A stretch of 50,413 bases of DNA, the filler included, from Catajapyx aquilonaris (lineage: Eukaryota), in the NCBI GenBank assembly GCA_000934665.2. It is 2 parts of 2 records of this genome, joined end to end, with 100 filler letters (N's around TTAATTAATTAA, not from the genome) between each part and the next. Parts side by side here need not be neighbours in the genome. Positions count along the whole stretch, not along the records: positions 31,001 to 50,413 come from JYFJ02006465.1; 1 more part is not named here. One strand, written 5' to 3'. The notes beneath the pieces were generated by a model. The model made no database searches, had not been told where the DNA came from, and was given only the letters and a program-made list of their open reading frames with translations. The position numbers and the translations under genes are program-made. Numbering within the stretch: position 1 is the first letter of the stretch; the number at the start of each line of letters is the position of its first letter. Shown piece after piece: positions 43,586 through 50,413 of the stretch.

Positions 43586-44294
43586 CATTTTGGACATATG
43601 ATAGAAATTAAAAGAAGTAGATATACTGTATAAGGTAAGGACAGTGGACTTGTCACATGCCAAGTGGGGAAGGGCAAATATGTCTCATCATTGATGTGTT
43701 AACCAAACAGTGTAGGGGATAGGAAGTAATAAAAAGCAGTGTTGTGGTAGGAAAAGAGTTGAAGGGGGACTTTGACCTCTCTCTTTTAAGTGGAAAGCAG
43801 CCAAGGTTAGATCCTGCCAAGCTTTGCATGCACTTTGTCAAGGGCACAAAGACAGTCACCCAAATGCTAGGGGAATCCTAGTATCATGATGTCATTTTTA
43901 TTTATTTTTTACAACTGGAGAATAGCGAACCTCAGGTAAAAAGTTGCATCATGAGCACACTGACTGTAAGTTGGAAAAAGAACAGAGAGAATGATGTTAA
44001 AAAACTACTACTATTGTAGTTGCCCTAATATTGTTATTTTGATAAGGGAGCATCATGTTGTATGATACTCATAAAATATTTGTTCAAGATATTTTTAAGA
44101 AGTAGTATAACAAGGATGATTTCTATGTAGAGCTCCAGAGCAAGTTAAATAGGTTTGTTCTTGTGATTTATTGTCATTGAATCACATGAATGATATACTG
44201 GATGATCCAAAATACCTGCCTGACAGCTGGGGTTATTTGTTGGCCTAAGCTGCTTATTTTTAACAGTTACTTTTGCATAGTTACATTTAATTAT

Positions 44295-45430
44295 CAAATC
44301 TCAATAAGTCAAGGTATACTCCAAGGTGAGGCTCTTTCACCCTTGTTGTTCAACTCGTACAGGGCTAGAGGAAGAATTAAAGATTATGTGTGCACCAGGT
44401 GTTAACTTGGGGCCCACCCAAGATGACATTATGTTGTTGGCAGGTTATTTTAGCAGAGAATCTAGTTTCTAATTATAAAAAAGCAAATTACGATACTGAA
44501 GAATTTTCTACTAAAAAGGTTTGTACAAATTAACATGCTGAAAAGTAATGTCATGGTTTTCCGGAAGGGCGGAAAGATCTCGAGGAAACCAATATTTTTT
44601 GCTTCGGACAAATAATAGATTTTATTCATTAAAACCAGACATATTTGGGAATCCCTTTCTCTGCCTCGGTCAAATTCTCCCATGCCTTATTGGTTTTTAA
44701 AACGAAGGTGAGGAAAGCTACCAGACTATCTCTGGCCTCTCCTGAAAAAAATCTCCAGATAAGGGATGTCGCAGTGATGAAGCTGTTCTCTTCTAAGGTA
44801 ATCCCCATTGTGCAATATGGACTGCCTGTTTGGGGTAGCAGTTATCTAACAGAAAAAAATATAATAGAAACACAGTTCCTAAGGAAATTTGTAGCTCTCC
44901 CGTATAACACTTCTGGAAGTTTTGTAAGAATGGAAACAGGGGTACAAAAACTAGAGGTAAGACTGCTCAGACAAATAGCGAAATTCTGGAGCTCACCCAT
45001 GAAACATTGGTGCATAGAGCTTTTTCTAATGCAATTAACAACAGGGGCAACATGACTTTTGTAACCAGGGTGACACAAATAAATAACTTGCTGGGGAAGT
45101 ATGAGATTATGGAATTAGATCTCAATAAAATCGATCAAGCAAAATTACAAGTGAATGCGGCTGCGAAATGTCTAATGGATGCCACGGACTAAACTGCAAA
45201 GCTCGCAGCTATACAAATTTTACGATCAAATCAGACTAACTGAGGAATCAGAAAATTATCTGGAGCCTTCCTTTGCCGATCATTAGACTAGTTTGCAACT
45301 TAAGGAAAAATTCCCCTTCACTTTGGATTAAAGGTACGACTATATAGTTTTCGCTAACAGAACCATGTCAGCTGTGCAACTTAGGCGCACCCTTTTTAGT
45401 CCATCATCTGTTAACAGAATGTGTCCAAAC
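44295..45430 (+). pseudogene. Decayed, 5'-truncated non-LTR retrotransposon (LINE) reverse transcriptase ORF2 fragment
   Basis: Frameshifted motifs in the expected order: ISQGILQGEALSPLLFNSY, DDIMLLA, INMLKSNVMVFRKGG, YLGIPF, KLFSSKVIPIVQYGLPVWG, FLRKFVALP..ETG, and a C-terminal CQLCN..HLLTEC cysteine/histidine motif. Confidence 0.8.
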
Positions 45431-45445
45431 TTGCTCGCTTATAAA

Positions 45446-45638
45446 ACTTTTCAGTTGGCTGATACCCACTATGAATATTTTCTGGAACAGGCCTACCCTT
45501 TGCTATAGTCAACAATCCCACCTTTCACATTTTCATGGAGTAAACAGTGTCAACAATGACTGCATTTCCATGGAGTAGCAATAAAGTGTACGCCAGTTCC
45601 AGAAAATATGCATAGTGGGTATCAGCAAACGGAAAAGT
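45446..45638. mobile_element. Small hairpin MITE-like element
   Basis: ~55-bp imperfect inverted arms ACTTTTCAGTTGGCTGATACCCACTATGAATATTTTCTGGAAC / GTTCCAGAAAATATGCATAGTGGGTATCAGCAAACGGAAAAGT. Confidence 0.7.
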
Positions 45639-46103
45639 ACCATAAATTCTTATCATGTTTTCCCCTAGTTCTGCCTGAAAAAATTCATTGATTTTTTGCA
45701 TCGCTAACCAGGGAGTCTGCTTTTCTACTATTGGTATATCGTTTCTTCATTGGTGCAGCACACATTCTGGATTTATGTGATATGTAATAGGGTAANATAG
45801 TATTAGCAAGCTGCTAATATTAGGTTACATGTGCCCGCCCATCCTTTTAAAGCCCTGCAAGGGAGATTGGCTTGCACAAAGAGTGTTCTGTATTGACATG
45901 AGATGCCACCGTTGTTTCAATGGGCCATTGATTCCTAATCTGAAATACTTGGCAATTAAGAAGTTGAATGGGTCATTCACAATGTTAGCTAAGATTCCAA
46001 TATTGTTTTAATGGGCCTTTCCTAATTGGAAATACTTGGCTGTTCAGAAGTTGAATGGATGTTTCATTCGGCATAATATTAACTGATGATATGATGTGCA
46101 CAG

Positions 46104-46734
46104 CTGGCACCTCCCACTTTTCAAATTTCCACCACGTACCCCAGGCAGCCAGATGGCATAAGTGATGTTTTTGAAAAGAATGTTGTTACTGTATAAAAGA
46201 ATTACATACAGATGTACATCATATCTCAATATCAATTTACATATGAAAAGCACATGCACCTGAGTAATATTTTCTTTGCCAGTGGAATGTTTTTAATGAG
46301 ATAATGTTACGGGAGGTGGAGTGGCTCTGTGGAAACGTACGCTTCTACGGATGTAAGGGTCCAGGGTTCGATCCTAAACCCGGGCATTCCCCCCTTCATC
46401 TCTGGCTTCGTCTTGAGTGGGATTCCTTGAGACTAACCACCCGGAGGAACTCACAAAATGACCGTATGAGATATTGCACTGCACCTTGCACCTCCCCTCC
46501 CACTCATCCCCCCCTCGCTCGCGGTACCCGGGCGTTACGGTAAAGGACCAAAAAATGCCTGTACAACTTTAAAAATCAAATAAAGGTACTGTGCCAAATG
46601 CCCACAAATGGGCGGTGCACTAAACCCAATTAAATTATAATATTTTAATTAATGAGATAAAATGTTGGCTTCACTTGGTACTCTCACTCCCCCCTTAGAG
46701 CATGCATGGAAATTTGAAAAGTGGGAGGTGCCAG
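46104..46734. repeat. Perfect 28-bp inverted repeat pair enclosing SINE A copy 1
   Basis: CTGGCACCTCCCACTTTTCAAATTTCCA (46104-46131) and its exact reverse complement (46707-46734). Confidence 0.75.
46305..46555 (+). mobile_element. tRNA-derived SINE, family A, copy 1
   Basis: Pol III A-box-like TGGCTCTGTGG and B-box GGTTCGATCC. The body aligns with copy 2 at 47983-48865 (shared GGAACTCACAAAATGAC). TAATGAGATAA on both sides (~46294 and ~46650) may be a target-site duplication (TSD). Confidence 0.7.
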
Positions 46735-47070
46735 ACGGGCAGTCTCAGGGGGTAGCTGCAAAGTCTATTGACATTATGTTGATATCCTAGATGTGTTGTT
46801 GTAATGTGAGTTCTGAATCAGCGGTCCTCCTGTACCTTGCAGCGTTGTCCCTATTGTAGTTCCTAAGTGGTTTTGAAACCAGACCATCTTGTGTTCAATC
46901 ATTATTCCCTGACACATTGGCTCACAAGTAGCATGGGCTGCTTCATTGGCATAATATTAGCAGCTCACCTTTGATAAACATAAAAAGTAACAGCTGAAGT
47001 AATTTGCTTAGTGTCAACAAATAGCCATAGCAAGGATTACCCTGTATATTATTATGGCATGCAGCATTAA

Positions 47071-47830
47071 CCCTTAACTACGTAGGTGGGCGAAACACCT
47101 TTAACTACGTAGGTGGAGCCTGAGAGGCTCCAACGGTATATTTAAATTTATGCTTATCAACTAAATTGTTATATTGGACTTTTCACATACAGAAAGTGCA
47201 GTTTAATAATAATAATATAATGGATACCCCGTGATAGGCCCCTTGGGCCTCTTAGGGGATCATCTTTTTTGAAAACCCGACTTTAATCATTTGCCTGTGA
47301 TGTGATGGATTTTGATGGTGGGAGGAAACGGGAGAACCCCGAGAAAACCCACGCGAACACGGAGAGAACCCATCGAAACTCTATCCACATAAGTATCCTC
47401 CGTCCGACCCGGGGATTGAACTCGGGACCTTAGAGGTGGAAGGCTGCGGCGCTAACCACTCGGCCACCGTGTCGCCCTACAGAAAGTGCAGTTCAGATCA
47501 TTAGGCTTCCGAAAACGTAAAAATCACACGCTGAGTCAGCATATTCTGACAGGGAAAAATTTTTAATTAAAAGGTTACATCAACAACTTTGAGCCGCTCT
47601 GGCTTCACCTGCATAGGGATTGCCTGAGTGGTTAGAGGGACCTGTTCCTCGTTACGAATTTTTTAAAACCAAAGAATAGGGACTAAAAATTTTTCTATTT
47701 CCTTTTCATGCTTAGGAAGGTTTTTCTGACAAAGTCACGGAAGGAGAGTGGAAAATAAAATTCAATGAAAAAGTTACATGCGTTTAAATTGTGCTTGGAG
47801 CCTCTCAGGCTCCACCTACGTAGTTAAGGG
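47071..47830. mobile_element. piggyBac-type non-autonomous transposon (MITE)
   Basis: TTAA on both sides; terminal inverted repeat (TIR) CCCTTAACTACGTAGGTGG / CCACCTACGTAGTTAAGGG; subterminal repeat TTAACTACGTAGGTGGAGCCTGAGAGGCTCCAA mirrored at the right end. Confidence 0.85.
47204..47477 (-). mobile_element. tRNA-derived SINE with a V-domain-like core, nested in the piggyBac MITE
   Basis: Perfect 16-bp TSD TACAGAAAGTGCAGTT (47188-47203, 47478-47493); A box TGGCCGAGTGG; B box GAGTTCAATCC; core GTTCTCTCCGTGTTCGCGTGGGTTTTCTCGGGGTTCTCCCGTTTCCTCCCAC; (TTA)n tail. Confidence 0.88.
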
Positions 47831-47982
47831 TTAAGATCACTGCATTCTGGGTCCCTCAACTGAATGTCACATTTTGTTGGACTTCCTGGGCTGTACTGCT
47901 CAGGGCAGGACTCTTGCATGTGGGTGGTCCCAGCCCAATTTGCCTTTCCTCTCTTGTGGCAGATGATGATCCTGGAATTTTG

Positions 47983-48865
47983 CGGGATGTGGAGTGGCTC
48001 TACAGAAATGTATGCTCTCACAGAAGGAAGGGTCCTGGGTTCAATCTAAAACCCAGACTTTCCTCCCCTTTCATCCCATGCATATAGTAGGAATCAGATC
48101 ATAATAAACTTTTGAAAAAGTGGAAGGGTTGTAAATTGCAACAGTGCAAGGTTTAGGACCGGACGGGAAAGAGGAGGGTCACTCTCAGATTAGGACGACC
48201 GGGTCCTCGCCTCGGGCTTGTACCAGCTGGGGAAGTGAGGCTCCGAAAATAAGCTGATGAATTTTTTATGGGTGACTCTTTTTGCATTTTTGACAGCAAA
48301 TATGAATTCTAAGGTGTCGAAAACCTATATTTTCATACTTGATTCGTATCAGGCATGTCACAAATAGGCCACGTGCATGTAAAGAAAAACTTGATGTGCA
48401 AGATGAAAGAAGTTTTTCTTTACATGCACGTGGCCTATTTGTGACATGCCTGATACGAATCAAGTATGAAAATATAGGTTTTCGGCACCTTAGAATTCAT
48501 ATTTGCTGTCAAAAATGCAAAAAGAGTCACCCATAAAAAATTCATCAGCTTATTTTCGGAGCCTCACTTCCCCAGCTGGTACAAGCCGGAGGCGAGGACC
48601 CGGTCCTAATCTGAGAGTGACCCTCCTCTTTCCAGTCTGGTCCTAAACCTTGCACTGTTGCAATTTACAACCCTTCCACTTTTTCAAAAGTTTATTATGA
48701 TCTGATTCCTACTATAGTTGGCTCCATCTTGGGTAGAATCTCCTTTAGACTAATCCGCCCAGGGGGAACTCACAAAATGACTGAGCAACAACAATGCATT
48801 TGCATCTTGCAACTTCCCTCCCAGTCATCCTGCCCATGGACATGGCAACTTTGCAAGAAGGTCAA
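47983..48865 (+). mobile_element. tRNA-derived SINE, family A, copy 2, interrupted by the 634-bp palindrome
   Basis: GGAGTGGCTCT...GGGTCCTGGGTTCAATCT head at ~47990-48050; the body resumes at 48717 and matches copy 1. Confidence 0.65.
48083..48716. mobile_element. Near-perfect 634-bp foldback/palindromic element
   Basis: Arms 48083-48392 and 48410-48716 with a 17-nt loop; by eye 4 substitutions and one 3-bp indel; ends TATAGTAGG...CCTACTATA; inserted into SINE A copy 2. Confidence 0.9.
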
Positions 48866-49269
48866 AGTGTATGTGAACTAATGACACGGATGAGATGACA
48901 CTAATGACGAGGATTGATTCAAAAGTCATGGCACGTATTTTGAAATTCAAAAACACATACAGAGATGACCTTTGCTTAGCTTTTAAGATCCGGCGATTAC
49001 AATTTTATCTGGAATATTCGCGAGACCCACGGCCTGTAGAGGCGCTGAAGTCAAATCCAAGATGGACGACAGCGGGGGTACTCGAGCAGGCAGCAGACAG
49101 GGCATGAGCTTGGCAAGAGGCAGGGAGAGCAGCAGACAGGGCTGAGCACGCGCTATGTGGGCAGGGAGGGGGCCAGGGTGGGCAGGTGGGGCAGGCCCTG
49201 GGCCGAGGCAGAGAGGTAGCCGAGCCGGTACCTACGCAAATAGCTGGGAGAGGGCTCGGCTGTATAGGG

Positions 49270-50085
49270 GAGTGGGTCCATCAGACGTGCATGGTGACAT
49301 TTGGGAATTAATTGCGGCCAAACTAGAGGTTGGAGGAGGGTGACAATGCTCCCGTCATCGAGAGGAGATTTCGATTGTTCCGACGACGTCCGCAATTAAA
49401 TAAATATCCACGGGCTATTTTACGGGGGAATTAAATAGGAAATATATCGGCAGCTGGCAGGCTGCTGTAACCGTATGGGTCCAGGGGTGCATGTTGACCT
49501 TTGGGGATTAATTGTGTCCAGACTAGAGATCGGAAGAGGGTGACAATGATTCCGTCGTCGAGAGGAGATTTCGACTGTCCCGACGATGTCCAATTTAGTA
49601 TTACAGACCGGGCAGCTAATTTACGGGGGAATTAAATAGCTTATATCACGACAAAAACCGCTGGACAAAAGAGGTGTGCTTGACTGTAACCGCGTCTGGG
49701 TCCAGAATGCAGAGTGACCGTTGGGAATTAATTGCGGCAAAACTAGGGGTTGTATGTGTGTGACAGTGCCCTCGTCGTTGAGAGGAGATTTCAAATGTTC
49801 CAACGACGACCGTATTTGCTATAAATACCCACTGGTTATTTCACGGAAGAATTAAATAGGTAATGTCCCTAGAAATCTCTGGACGAGAGAGGTCTGGCTG
49901 ACTGTAACCGTATGAGTTCAAAATGCAGGGTGATCTTTGAGAATTAATTACGGGCAAACTAGGATTTGGAAAAGGGTGACAGTGTCCCCAACGTTGAGAG
50001 GAGATTGCGATTGTCCTGACAATGTCCATAAGTAAAATAAATTCTTACGAGTAATTCTGCGGGGTAATTTAACAGCTAATTTCTC
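49270..50085. repeat. Divergent tandem array, 4 units of ~200-220 bp
   Basis: GAGAGGAGATT recurs at 49360, 49560, 49780 and 49996; CTGTAACCG at 49465, 49684 and 49902; AATTAATT/GATTAATT, ACTAG and GTGACA in each unit. Confidence 0.85.
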
Positions 50086-50413
50086 GACAAAAAGTGGGGC
50101 TCTGTCTCTGGACGACGTGACGCAACGACTGATACTTATGGACGTCGCGACGTCCACAAATAGCAGTCCCGCTCATAAATAATGGCATGACTCTATGGAC
50201 GAAATGCTCATCCACAATGCCCAGCAGTTTTCCCTACCTTATTTCGACGTGACCCTAAGGATAACCTTTTCTGGATCTCTGGTTACTCGTATGACCCATC
50301 CCGAATTTTAAATAACATTTTTAATTACGGTACCAAAATGTTCAACGGTAAACTAAACAACGAGCTGACGTCAAGGTTTCCACGGAAATATCCTCACAGG
50401 AGACAGAACAATA

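Noticed and set aside
46310..46385. tRNA genes at the SINE heads (also 47400-47477)
   Set aside because: A and B boxes are present but there is no full cloverleaf, and they run into SINE bodies; the 47204-47477 copy has a TSD.
48266..48536. Two near-identical 65-aa ORFs on opposite strands
   Set aside because: Mirror-image by-products of the palindrome; non-ATG starts and no domain.
49270..50085. CRISPR-like or selenoprotein reading of the tandem array (a TGA is conserved in one + frame)
   Set aside because: Units are too long and diverged for CRISPR, there are no cas genes and the context is eukaryotic. The same frame also hits TAA stops, and I saw no SECIS or splice context.

Overview
Eukaryotic, intron-rich genomic DNA, most likely from an arthropod (inferred from the Pak3-type kinase and the small introns). 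The window joins two assembly pieces through an artificial N44-TTAATTAATTAA-N44 spacer at 30901-31000. Left piece: about 22 kb with no recognisable coding exon, then an 8-exon Pak3-type p21-activated kinase on the minus strand (about 507 aa), head-to-head with a glycosyltransferase family 92 (DUF23) gene that is cut by the gap. Right piece: the last 15 exons of MEGF8 on the plus strand with a probable ~2.5 kb 3'UTR, a CpG-island promoter with a probable first exon of an unidentified gene, and a dense nested stack of mobile elements (decayed LINE reverse transcriptase, two tRNA-derived SINE families including a V-domain SINE, piggyBac-, Harbinger- and Tc1-type MITEs, and a ~99% perfect 634-bp palindrome). 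It ends in a ~200-220 bp tandem array with a small covarying hairpin. I see no prokaryotic system or CRISPR array and cannot support a clearly new biological system; the best leads are the tandem array, the palindromic elements and Helitron-like ends carrying paired RFX X-boxes.
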